A stretch of DNA of 64,000 nucleotides from a virus (taxonomy: Duplodnaviria; Heunggongvirae; Uroviricota; Caudoviricetes), in IMG/VR virus record IMGVR_UViG_3300042006_000024. One strand, written 5' to 3'. The position numbers and the translations under genes were made by a program. Positions within the stretch are counted from its first letter, which is position 1. The number at the start of each line of letters is the position of its first letter. Below are positions 27,096 to 35,734 of this stretch, piece after piece. The notes under the pieces were generated by a model. It had not been told where the DNA came from. It did no database searches and saw only the letters and a program-made list of their open reading frames with translations.

Positions 27096-28961
27096 TTAGG
27101 CCTCCGTGAGCCACAGTTTACGCTGGTCGGCCTTTGACTTATCGAATGCGGTATCGAGTGCATCAACATCAGTCTGATCTTCAATCGTGATCTGCACCAG
27201 ATACTTCGACTCATCGTTCAGGAAGCGTTTGAAGTCTTTGGTATCATAACCACCGAGTCCTTTATAGAACTTGTGCTTATGATTTGGATTGTTTACTGCC
27301 CAGGCACTATACGCATTGACATTGAAGAACTCAAATGTTTGCTTGCCTGCTGTAGCGATGATTAACGGCGTGTTCATTCGATAGATCGCACCGAGCTTAA
27401 ACAACTCAGGCCAGAACTGGTGGATCATGTTGAAGAACAAACCTGCAATGTGGCTACCGTCAGCATCGGCGTCGGTCAGTTGAACAATCCTGTTGAAGCG
27501 CAAGTCGGCCAACGATTCAACCTTCTGTCCGATCTTCAGACCGATGATTGCCATGATGTTCTGGAACTCTTCGGATGCAGCAAGCTTCTTGACTTCAACC
27601 TCACGCACGTTGAGCAACTTACCACGCATCGGGAACGCACCATGAATATCAGGGTTGCGTGCAGACATGATCGTGTTCTTCGCCGAGTCACCCTCAGTGA
27701 AGTAGATCGCGCACTTGCTCCGATCTTTACTCGCGGCATCATCGAACTTGGCAATGCGCTTGAGGAAGTTCGTGCTTTGTGTAGTCTTGTTCAGGTTGCG
27801 CAGTTCAGCCATATCAGCCCGATGCTTCTCACCTTCAACCCAATCCAGAACCTTCTGCACGACAGCCGACTCAAGAACCTTCTTGATGAACTTGTCGGAT
27901 GGTACATAGGATGCGCCGTAGTTGCGCACTTCGGTACTCATGAACTCTTTGGTCTGCGAGGTGAACATCGGCGCGTTGATCGAACACTTCACAAACAGGA
28001 ACATTTGCTGCTTGATGATATTCGGCTTGACGTCGACCTTGTGTTTCTTCTTGATGAAGTCACGGATCTTGGTAGCGATCTGCAACGACACGTAATCGAT
28101 ATGCGTCCCGCCGTTATAGGTATCAAGCCCATTCACGAAAGAGATTTGCTTGAAGCCAGATTCAGGCGCGGCAGCAACAGCAACCTCGAACTTCTCTTGG
28201 CTGTCGATGATGTGTGCAGGGTTGAATAGGTCAACGTAATCACTGAACGATTTGATCTTGATCAGCTTGTCATTGAAGTGCACTCTGATACCAGGGTTGC
28301 AACCAGCAATGTCATACGTGCGACGTTCGATCTTGCGTATGTTTACATCGTCAAGCTCGCACTGCAAACGCCCGTAGTCAGGCGTAAACGTGATCGTCGT
28401 CCCCTTGTCAGTGCTTGGGGTGATCAACGCTGTATCGCGCTTAGAGAGATTGTCACGAAACACTTGAATGAAACGATTCTTACCGTCGCATGTGTCAACC
28501 TTGAACTCTTTCGAGAACACGCTGGTCAACTTGCTACCAAGACCGTTCAGACCACCTGTTATACGCACTTCATCGCTGAAGTTCGACCCTGTACGAAACT
28601 CGCTGAAGATCATTTCAGGGATGTACATGCCGTACTCAGGGTGTTTCGAGACAGGGATACCACCGTCATCGCGAATCGAGATTTCACCAGTCATCGGGTA
28701 CAGATTGACCCAGATGTTTTTGATGTTCCCTGTGCGTATATGTTCATCGGCCGCGTTGGTTGCGATCTCATCGAACATCTTCAACAAGCCCGGATTCCAG
28801 GTCAAAGTCTCTTCGACCATCGAACCGCTTTCTTCCCCTTCACCCAGGACCCATGTGAGTGCTTCAGAGTTTGTGACGCTACCTAGATACATCCCAGGGC
28901 GTGCAAGGACGTGTTCGACCTCGCTCAATCGCTTATATTGTGAAACGTCTACTTCAGACAT
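27096..28961 (-). CDS. DNA topoisomerase II large subunit (gp39/gp60 fusion-like, GyrB-type ATPase plus TOPRIM)
   Basis: 621 aa. GHKL ATPase motifs (GLNGLGSKL), TOPRIM EGDSA. Confidence 0.85.
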   Translation of the reverse strand: MSEVDVSQYKRLSEVEHVLARPGMYLGSVTNSEALTWVLGEGEESGSMVEETLTWNPGLLKMFDEIATNAADEHIRTGNIKNIWVNLYPMTGEISIRDDGGIPVSKHPEYGMYIPEMIFSEFRTGSNFSDEVRITGGLNGLGSKLTSVFSKEFKVDTCDGKNRFIQVFRDNLSKRDTALITPSTDKGTTITFTPDYGRLQCELDDVNIRKIERRTYDIAGCNPGIRVHFNDKLIKIKSFSDYVDLFNPAHIIDSQEKFEVAVAAAPESGFKQISFVNGLDTYNGGTHIDYVSLQIATKIRDFIKKKHKVDVKPNIIKQQMFLFVKCSINAPMFTSQTKEFMSTEVRNYGASYVPSDKFIKKVLESAVVQKVLDWVEGEKHRADMAELRNLNKTTQSTNFLKRIAKFDDAASKDRSKCAIYFTEGDSAKNTIMSARNPDIHGAFPMRGKLLNVREVEVKKLAASEEFQNIMAIIGLKIGQKVESLADLRFNRIVQLTDADADGSHIAGLFFNMIHQFWPELFKLGAIYRMNTPLIIATAGKQTFEFFNVNAYSAWAVNNPNHKHKFYKGLGGYDTKDFKRFLNDESKYLVQITIEDQTDVDALDTAFDKSKADQRKLWLTEA

Positions 28962-28997
28962 AGTACAACCTTGTTATTGATCAGTTAAATGATGTGG

Positions 28998-29204
28998 TTA
29001 CTTATCAAGCAACTGAAAGCGCTTGCGATTGCGACGATTACCAAACGGGTGGAAGTTCTGAGTCACACTACCTACAGGGCAAGTGTTGCTGAACTTCGTA
29101 CCTAAGTCTTCTTTGCGCCATACACCAGAGTCAGGCATCACACTCGACCAGACAGCGCCAGTCTTAGGTTTCACAACGTATACACGAGCCATAATAGACC
29201 TCAA
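28998..29204 (-). CDS. small hypothetical protein
   Basis: ORF only. Confidence 0.3.
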   Translation of the reverse strand: MRSIMARVYVVKPKTGAVWSSVMPDSGVWRKEDLGTKFSNTCPVGSVTQNFHPFGNRRNRKRFQLLDK

Positions 29205-29215
29205 GAATTTATGAA

Positions 29216-29584
29216 TTAACGACCGAAGACGTAGCCTGGTACATAGAAGAACAGACCGTCCGCGACGTAGACTTTCACGACTGACTTGTTACCAGTGTTT
29301 GCGCCAATCACAAGATTGAGTTTATCGCCTACGTTGATGATGCCGCAACGTTTAGTGCCGAACATATGTTTCATGACTGCGGGCGTCTTGTGCGCGAGTG
29401 TCAGTTCTTCTAGGGTACGGCAGCCGGCCCCTTCATCGACAGCAGTAACGCTTTCTGTTTTGATTTCATGGACAATGAGCCCACCGTCTGCACCTCTGGT
29501 AATAGATGTGTCGGCGTTTGCAGACATCGCGGCCAGTAACAGTGCAGCGCTCAATACAGTTTTCATGTTCATTTGATTTCTCAC
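29216..29584 (-). CDS. secreted protein with cleavable signal peptide (122 aa)
   Basis: MNMKTVLSAALLLAAMSANA signal. Has its own promoter and is followed by a terminator. Confidence 0.5.
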   Translation of the reverse strand: MRNQMNMKTVLSAALLLAAMSANADTSITRGADGGLIVHEIKTESVTAVDEGAGCRTLEELTLAHKTPAVMKHMFGTKRCGIINVGDKLNLVIGANTGNKSVVKVYVADGLFFYVPGYVFGR

Positions 29585-29619
29585 ATATGGTTAATTAAAG
29601 TTAGACTTGCTCACGTATG

Positions 29620-29649
29620 AGTATACATCGGAGTTTGGCACTTTGTAAA
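29620..29649 (-). promoter_or_regulatory. sigma70 promoter TTTACA-18-TATACT
   Basis: Minus strand. Lies between the terminator and the ATG at 29584. Confidence 0.45.
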
Positions 29650-29650
29650 G

Positions 29651-29685
29651 TAAAAAGGCCGCCTTAGCGGCAGCCCTTTATTACA
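29651..29685 (-). terminator. intrinsic terminator after the vWA gene
   Basis: Minus-strand RNA GGCUGCC-gcuaa-GGCGGCC (one G-U pair) then UUUUU. Confidence 0.5.
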
Positions 29686-29697
29686 GCGAGGTAAGAC

Positions 29698-31770
29698 TTA
29701 GATCTTGATGAACTTGCGCACTTTTTCGATTGTCATGTCAGCCTTTTGACCTTCAATTTCAACCTGAGTGGTAATAACTTCATCATCACCGTACCACTTA
29801 CGACCCAGTACCAGAGTGTAGACCGCGTTCGCCAGGACAGTTTCCAGCTTGCGCTTTTCAGCAGTCATGATCCCCTTCAGGTTTTCCAGAGTTGCCTGGT
29901 CGACACCAGTGTATGAAACGAGGTTCTTGTTGATCAGCGTGTCGCCCAGGTTCAGCTTCTTGCCACCTTCAACCTTAGTGCGAACTGCTGGGATCGCTGG
30001 CAGAGACGACAAGCCTTTGATCTTGTACAGAACCTGAATCGACTCATATTCATCAGTCGCTTCAGTCGAAGTAGTGCCTACAGGCGAGAAGCCGTAATCA
30101 CGAACACCGATCGAAGACAACCACTTAGCACCTTCTTCGCCGTACTTGTTGATCATGCCTTCGATCTTACCAGTACTGCCACCCTGTTCATTGATCAGGT
30201 GAGACAGAACTTTCAGGCTTGCCTTAGCAGTCGTAACAGCTTCAACAGTCTTGACGAAGTCGGACAGCTTCACGTTCTCAACCATAGCGCGGTTGATTAC
30301 AGGGATGCGCGACAGGTCAAATACCCAGTAGCACTTGCCTTCAGTCTCTTCAATCACTTCATGAGCGAAGTGTTCCAGAGTCGGAGCGATTGCAGCAGGG
30401 AACAGAACTGGCAGTTTCTCCATGTTGCGAATGCCATCTTTGATGATGGTATAGTTGCGAGTGATGAAACTCGGTACCATCTTCGGCAGACCGTGTTCGT
30501 TTTCTGGCAGTTCAACCTGACCAGACAGAGTGGTTTGAACGCTGACGTTTGGACGCTCAGCGTTGAAGACCAATCCTTTCATCGACACACGAGACATCGG
30601 TGATTGAACAAAACGTGGCAGCAGCGCTTCAGTGGTGCTCGAACGACCAACTTTGTTGTAGCTCCAGTACGGCGAGTCGGTGACGATGAAGCTGTCAGCC
30701 CCTGCAAGCGTGTTCAGCAAGTCGATAGTAGTAGGCGCATTCTTGTTAGGGACTGCATTCAGGTCCTTGCCATTTACATAGCGCAGGGATGCGTCAAGTA
30801 CTGCTTTGCCGACCCATTCTTCGAACTGCGACAGTTCCTGTTTGGTGAACGCGTTCTGGTATTTCTCGACCAGTGCAACATCACCCGAAGCCTGCAAGCA
30901 TTTCCAGACCAGTTCACTGTCACCAGTCTTGGCAGCGTAGTACATGATCATGAACAGACGGTCGTCGCTCAGTTGCTTCGACAGCACGTCGCTTGGAACT
31001 ACCGAGTAAACCCGTGTTACGTCTTCAGGGATCTGTGCAACACCTTCAACAGTCGGAACGATTTTGATCTGACCGTTCTGTTCGAAGATTGCGTGCTTGG
31101 CGCGCTTGTTGATGTTGACTGCGATGTTGTTGACGCGAGACACACCACGTACAGCGTTCTCGACAGCTTCCTCGTAGTTGATCACGCCTTCAGCGAAGAT
31201 GTGCACACCGTTTGCAGCATCAGCCATTGCAGACAGCAGTTCACGGTCAGCGTAGTAGCCGTATTCGATGAACGTTACTGCTTTGAACACGTCAGGCAGG
31301 TTGCCAGCTTGAACGATCAGGTCACCGCGATTCGACTGGTTGTCGTAACCGTCAGTCAGCATGATGTAGCTGTTGACCTTAGTTGGGTCAAGATTCAGTT
31401 CCATAGCCTTCTTCATCGGGTCCATGAAACCAGTAGCACCGATTGGCTTGATGTAACGGTCGATTGCAGCATGCATTGACGCAATGGTCGACACATCGGA
31501 AACCAGGACGTTCTCGAACACAACACCACATTGACCGCGGCTGCTGAAGTAGATTACCGAGAAAGTGTCATCAGGCTGTGCGACCATGCTGATGATGTTC
31601 TTGAGGTGAGTACGGATCTTTGGAAGATCGTTGTACATCGAGTAGGACACGTCAACGACGTAGACGTGGTTGCAAGCTGCTTTGGTGGTTACAGTTTTGA
31701 CGCCACCGAGTTCAATTACTTCAAAGCCTTCATAGGATTCGGACATTTTGCTACTCTCATTAAAAGTCAT
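29698..31770 (-). CDS. von Willebrand factor A domain protein (690 aa)
   Basis: MIDAS DVSYS...T...MLTDGYDN near the N-terminus. Long C-terminal region of unknown function. Confidence 0.55.
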   Translation of the reverse strand: MTFNESSKMSESYEGFEVIELGGVKTVTTKAACNHVYVVDVSYSMYNDLPKIRTHLKNIISMVAQPDDTFSVIYFSSRGQCGVVFENVLVSDVSTIASMHAAIDRYIKPIGATGFMDPMKKAMELNLDPTKVNSYIMLTDGYDNQSNRGDLIVQAGNLPDVFKAVTFIEYGYYADRELLSAMADAANGVHIFAEGVINYEEAVENAVRGVSRVNNIAVNINKRAKHAIFEQNGQIKIVPTVEGVAQIPEDVTRVYSVVPSDVLSKQLSDDRLFMIMYYAAKTGDSELVWKCLQASGDVALVEKYQNAFTKQELSQFEEWVGKAVLDASLRYVNGKDLNAVPNKNAPTTIDLLNTLAGADSFIVTDSPYWSYNKVGRSSTTEALLPRFVQSPMSRVSMKGLVFNAERPNVSVQTTLSGQVELPENEHGLPKMVPSFITRNYTIIKDGIRNMEKLPVLFPAAIAPTLEHFAHEVIEETEGKCYWVFDLSRIPVINRAMVENVKLSDFVKTVEAVTTAKASLKVLSHLINEQGGSTGKIEGMINKYGEEGAKWLSSIGVRDYGFSPVGTTSTEATDEYESIQVLYKIKGLSSLPAIPAVRTKVEGGKKLNLGDTLINKNLVSYTGVDQATLENLKGIMTAEKRKLETVLANAVYTLVLGRKWYGDDEVITTQVEIEGQKADMTIEKVRKFIKI

Positions 31771-31776
31771 TAAGGA

Positions 31777-32028
31777 TTAGTTTGCTATTGCAGCTAACAC
31801 AGGCTGAACCAAGTTTCGATCATGGTCTTCAAACCAGCCTGTGAGTTGTATCTCTGATTGCACTATGACACAGAACGGATTGTCATCAGTTGTTCGGTAG
31901 ATAATAGGATCACCACGATATCCGAAGTGCCCTCTATAACCATCATACTGCGACGTCTTTGCCATCCATCTATTTAGACCACTGCCACTACAGCGCTCAG
32001 ATACCGCTGTGTACATAGTGCGTGCCAT
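31777..32028 (-). CDS. hypothetical protein (83 aa)
   Basis: ORF. Confidence 0.4.
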   Translation of the reverse strand: MARTMYTAVSERCSGSGLNRWMAKTSQYDGYRGHFGYRGDPIIYRTTDDNPFCVIVQSEIQLTGWFEDHDRNLVQPVLAAIAN

Positions 32029-32639
32029 TACAGCGAGTCGAGCAGCGCGTTAACATCAACTGCTTTGGTAACATAGCTGATCTTGTGCGTCTGCACGATG
32101 ATGCGATTGCCTGTTACTTGCAACTTGACTTTCCGTACCTTGCGGAACTCGATCATTTGTTCTGGCGTAGCAACAAACCGATGTGAACCGTTAGGAGCGA
32201 CCCATGTGAAGGCAAGTGCCTTGTTGTGCCACACAACAGCAGTGCGGAACGATACTTGATTGTTCGGGGTGCGTGCAAGTGGATCTTTCATGCGGAAGTA
32301 CACCGAACTATCGCTGTAGACCATGTTGTAACCACGAGCGTTCATGTAACCACGCAGGCTAGCAATCTGATCTTCTGTGGTGTCTTCAACCTCATGACCG
32401 TCATTGAACTCGGTGCCAGCACGCTTGCCAAGCAGGTAGCGAGTGTTACGGGTTTGAATGATGTTACCTTCACTGAGCGAACCATCGAGAACAGCCGAAG
32501 TGCGAATGGCCTCACCATCACAGAAACGACCAGCCTCGTCGCCATAGATCGCACCACGAAGAATGGTGGAGTCACCACTTCGCAGAGGTGACCACTCTTT
32601 CAGGATTGCGTCAAACTGTTGTTTCATTTGTTGCTCCAC
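32028..32639 (-). CDS. hypothetical protein (203 aa)
   Basis: ORF. TAATG-coupled. Confidence 0.5.
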   Translation of the reverse strand: MEQQMKQQFDAILKEWSPLRSGDSTILRGAIYGDEAGRFCDGEAIRTSAVLDGSLSEGNIIQTRNTRYLLGKRAGTEFNDGHEVEDTTEDQIASLRGYMNARGYNMVYSDSSVYFRMKDPLARTPNNQVSFRTAVVWHNKALAFTWVAPNGSHRFVATPEQMIEFRKVRKVKLQVTGNRIIVQTHKISYVTKAVDVNALLDSL

Positions 32640-32679
32640 ATTAAGTTGAACTGCTTATTTGAAGATGCCAGATGTTATT

Positions 32680-32907
32680 TCAGGAATTATCAGTTGTAAA
32701 GCACTTTTGACGCTTATAAGAACCCTTACCTTTCTTAGGGCTCTCAGTCTTACTACGGAACAAAGGTGATGTAACAAGTGCACCAACTGCACTGTGTTTG
32801 ATATCACCTCGTTGATGATCGTGACTCATGATTACCTCTAATCGATGAACATTGTAAACAGTGAAAGAAGTTCCACTATCAACATCAGCGGTTCCCACTT
32901 CTTCCAC
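32680..32907 (-). CDS. small hypothetical protein
   Basis: ORF only. Overlaps the next ORF call. Confidence 0.25.
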   Translation of the reverse strand: MEEVGTADVDSGTSFTVYNVHRLEVIMSHDHQRGDIKHSAVGALVTSPLFRSKTESPKKGKGSYKRQKCFTTDNS

Positions 32908-32987
32908 TTAGGAAAGAACTTGTGGATCACAAAACTGGTAATACCCAGCGCTACAATGATGATCGCAATTGCGATGATTGTGTTCAT
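32838..32987 (-). CDS. small single-pass membrane protein (49 aa, start MNTIIAI)
   Basis: Internal ATG overlaps the upstream stop as TAATG. Hydrophobic. Confidence 0.3.
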   Translation of the reverse strand: MNTIIAIAIIIVALGITSFVIHKFFPKWKKWEPLMLIVELLSLFTMFID

Positions 32988-33214
32988 TACTTCACCATAT
33001 TCTTTGCGTATTTCGCAATAAAGAGCGTGAAGTGTATTGGTAGCGTGAGCCACCAGAGCAATACACATACGACGACAAAGCACGCCATTTCAGAGTTGTC
33101 CGTCCGAAGTTTTCGCCGCGCTTCATCAGAAAAACAGTGGTTGGCAGTAAAAATACCAAACGCTAATGCAATCACACCAATAATAAAATAACCAATCACA
33201 TACGCCCAAACCAT
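32987..33214 (-). CDS. small two-TM membrane protein (75 aa)
   Basis: Hydrophobic ORF. Confidence 0.45.
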   Translation of the reverse strand: MVWAYVIGYFIIGVIALAFGIFTANHCFSDEARRKLRTDNSEMACFVVVCVLLWWLTLPIHFTLFIAKYAKNMVK

Positions 33215-33238
33215 GACATCGCTTCCTTCTTGATATAA

Positions 33239-33673
33239 TTAAACAGCTTCATCATCGGATTCACGAAAAAAGGTTGGGTAGACTCGTTTCAGCACGGCCT
33301 TACTTACCCCCTCTATTTTCTTACCTTGAAGAACGCTGATCAGTAGGTCAACATCACCGACACTCACGTTTTCCAGAACAAGCTTCAAGTTGCGATCATA
33401 CACGGCCTTGTTGTCCTTGTATTGCAGCGCTGCATTCAACTTAGGCAGTGCATTCAACAGGGTCATGAAGCCAACTGTGTGAGGGCGATTAGAGGGCTTG
33501 TACTCAGGGATCGGATAAGGTTGTTCACCGTTGTAGGCGATGTCAACTAACCAACGAACGTCCTTGCGGTCGTATTGTGCAAGTAAGCGAGCCTTTTCGT
33601 CAACCGTTCCATTAAGGTCGGCAACAAGTTTAAAGATCTCGTGTACTGGTAATAGCTTGTTGATCTGTCTCAT
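33239..33673 (-). CDS. hypothetical protein (144 aa)
   Basis: ORF. Confidence 0.5.
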   Translation of the reverse strand: MRQINKLLPVHEIFKLVADLNGTVDEKARLLAQYDRKDVRWLVDIAYNGEQPYPIPEYKPSNRPHTVGFMTLLNALPKLNAALQYKDNKAVYDRNLKLVLENVSVGDVDLLISVLQGKKIEGVSKAVLKRVYPTFFRESDDEAV

Positions 33674-33790
33674 GAAAAATCTTCCAATTTCGTGTACTGC
33701 CTAGGTCCATGACTACCACGCTGCCATGCTTGCTTTTCTTTGGTAGAGCGCTTGTATGGTTCAACACAGCGCAGGTCATCAGTAGTACGT

Positions 33791-34312
33791 TCACGCGATT
33801 TGCGGTTGGAGTTCATTTGCAACAATTTCCTGGATAGATAGAAGTTCAACGTTGAGCAACTTGCAAGTGTTTACTTGCTTAGGGAGTTGACCAGCTGGTG
33901 TACGATAATACACCTCATTATATATGATTCGCTTGACTGGTGCTTCTGGTGTTGTCAGAGCGAGCATATGTTTCAGGCAATTGTTACATGGGCAGTGCGT
34001 TGAGTAAAACGTTACCTCGTTGTACTTCACCGTCGAACGTGCCATCTCAATGATGGTGTTCATCTCACCATGAATCTCATGCTCTTCAGACCATGCAGAG
34101 TGTTCAGGGCCACGCTCTTTGTGCACGTCACAGCAGTTAGGAGCGCCCGATGGCGTCCCGTTGACCCCTGTAGCGATGATGCGACCACGTTCATTGACTG
34201 CAAGTACACCGACTTGCATCGACACGCACTTAGACAACAGTGCGAGGTCAAGTGCCATGTTCATGAAGACCTGATGCTTATTCATTATATTGGTTTGTTC
34301 CAACTGATCCAT
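33791..34312 (-). CDS. dCMP deaminase
   Basis: Zinc-binding HGEMN...CPCNNC cytidine/deoxycytidylate deaminase motifs. Confidence 0.8.
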   Translation of the reverse strand: MDQLEQTNIMNKHQVFMNMALDLALLSKCVSMQVGVLAVNERGRIIATGVNGTPSGAPNCCDVHKERGPEHSAWSEEHEIHGEMNTIIEMARSTVKYNEVTFYSTHCPCNNCLKHMLALTTPEAPVKRIIYNEVYYRTPAGQLPKQVNTCKLLNVELLSIQEIVANELQPQIA

Positions 34313-34530
34313 GCGATTGTTTGTTTAGCGATGCTGTCCGCGTATTTCTTATCGAGATACGCAAGGGCTGCTGCGTCTGAATCGGTCCAAATGATCTCAC
34401 CTTGGCGTTCCTTCCATGTAGTACCAGCCCAGCCTAAGCTATTCTCATGCCTATAGTGGCGCCACCAGAACAACCACTTGTACTGTGGATAATACAGGCC
34501 GTCCCTTGTCATTTTCACGCGCTGTTTCAT
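34285..34530 (-). CDS. small WYYP-motif protein, paralogue 1 of 3
   Basis: KMTRDGLYYPQYKWLFWWRHY. Confidence 0.5.
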   Translation of the reverse strand: MKQRVKMTRDGLYYPQYKWLFWWRHYRHENSLGWAGTTWKERQGEIIWTDSDAAALAYLDKKYADSIAKQTIAWISWNKPI

Positions 34531-34766
34531 GATTGCACATACTCGATGATTTTGGCGTTCTTGGATTTTTTGATGTTACGGATATCCTCTTCGTGTACGT
34601 CGTGCAGGAACGACATTGCAGCATCTTGCGTTGAATACCTGACGACGGCGCATTCATCAAAAATCCAGCCCTGCTTGTCATAATGACACCAGAAGAACAT
34701 ACACCTGTACTGTGGGTAGTACCAACCATCTTGTGCTAGACGAACGCGTTTCTTTGTCGGTTTCAT
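34527..34766 (-). CDS. small WYYP-motif protein, paralogue 2 of 3
   Basis: RVRLAQDGWYYPQYRCMFFWCHY. Confidence 0.5.
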   Translation of the reverse strand: MKPTKKRVRLAQDGWYYPQYRCMFFWCHYDKQGWIFDECAVVRYSTQDAAMSFLHDVHEEDIRNIKKSKNAKIIEYVQS

Positions 34767-34978
34767 TCTTCAGGTTTCCATGTGAACACTTCGATGGCCT
34801 GGGCTTTGTGGATCTGATGCAACTCCCTGGCGTGCTGTTTATCTAGGAAATTGCGTGCGTTGTCAAGCGTACGGAAGCATTTGTCTATGCCGTACGGTAC
34901 CCAGAAGAACAGCATCTTGCGTTCAGGGTAGTAAAATCCATCAGCATATCGCTTGATACGCTTTTGTTTTGGTTGCAT
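34763..34978 (-). CDS. small WYYP-motif protein, paralogue 3 of 3
   Basis: RIKRYADGFYYPERKMLFFWVPY. Confidence 0.5.
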   Translation of the reverse strand: MQPKQKRIKRYADGFYYPERKMLFFWVPYGIDKCFRTLDNARNFLDKQHARELHQIHKAQAIEVFTWKPEE

Positions 34979-35025
34979 CTCACATCACTCCAGGGTTGGC
35001 CTAAAAGCATCACGAATCGTTGGAT

Positions 35026-35092
35026 ACGAATTATACAGTGGATTGCATGCCTGTATAATAGTATTTTTAAATCAATTGAATCTGAATAATAG
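35026..35092. repeat. repeat unit R1: ATTATACAG-N11-CTGTATAAT palindrome plus TTTTTAAAT..TGAAT tail
   Basis: Read directly. Gives TGTATAAT extended -10-like hexamers on both strands. Confidence 0.6.
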
Positions 35093-35123
35093 TTAAATTC
35101 TTTCAGGTCTGGATCGTTCAGGA

Positions 35124-35190
35124 ACGAATTATACAGTCAAAATTTGATCTGTATAATAGTATTTTTAAATTGAATAAGATTGAATGATAG
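35124..35190. repeat. repeat unit R2 (second copy of R1)
   Basis: Same arms and spacer length, 98 bp downstream of R1. Confidence 0.6.
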
Positions 35191-35271
35191 ATAAAACCAT
35201 TTACTGGGTTTGACTCGTGCTGAATCGATCAATAAATAATCTGAATAGAACTCATAACAGATAATAGTCAT

Positions 35272-35721
35272 ATGGCTAGGAATTATAAGCAAGGGGTTTT
35301 CAAGCCCAAGAATCCTTCGAAGTACATTGGTGATCCTACTAAGGTTGTGTTCCGATCCGGTTGGGAAAATAAGCTGATGCGCAAACTCGATGAAAGTTCA
35401 ACCATCATTGGCTGGAATTCCGAGGACGTGGTAATTCCATATATCAGTCCTGTAGATGGTCGCGCTCATCGCTACTTTGTAGACTTCCTCGTTGTGGCTA
35501 AAGGTCCTACAGGTGAGAAGATTATCACCCTGATTGAAGTCAAACCTTATGCCCAAACATTACAACCAACAATGACTGCAAAGAAGACCAAAGAGCGCTT
35601 CATGACTGAGATTGCGACCTATGCAGTCAATCAGGCTAAGTGGGCCGCTGCTGAGGCATATTGCGTCAAACGTGGTTGGAAATTCACAGTACTCACAGAA
35701 AACGATATCAACTTCGTTTAA
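35272..35721 (+). CDS. T4 gp4-like head completion family protein (tentative)
   Basis: N-terminal FKPKNPSKYIGD...FRSGWE recalls the T4 gp4/gp50/gp65 family from memory. Sits just before the baseplate hub genes, as in T4. Confidence 0.35.
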   Translation: MARNYKQGVFKPKNPSKYIGDPTKVVFRSGWENKLMRKLDESSTIIGWNSEDVVIPYISPVDGRAHRYFVDFLVVAKGPTGEKIITLIEVKPYAQTLQPTMTAKKTKERFMTEIATYAVNQAKWAAAEAYCVKRGWKFTVLTENDINFV

Positions 35722-35734
35722 AGAGGTGTAACAG

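Noticed and set aside
27420-28229. 269-aa plus-strand ORF inside the topoisomerase large-subunit gene
   Set aside because: Antisense shadow ORF. The minus-strand frame carries GHKL and TOPRIM motifs.
30604-31479. 291-aa plus-strand ORF inside the vWA gene
   Set aside because: Antisense to the longer vWA ORF, and has no RBS.
34979-35271. tRNA genes in the long AT-rich intergenic regions
   Set aside because: I could not assemble a cloverleaf with conserved GTTC/T-loop and D-loop features by eye. The regions are better explained by the palindromic promoter-like repeats. A tRNAscan run would be needed to exclude tRNAs.
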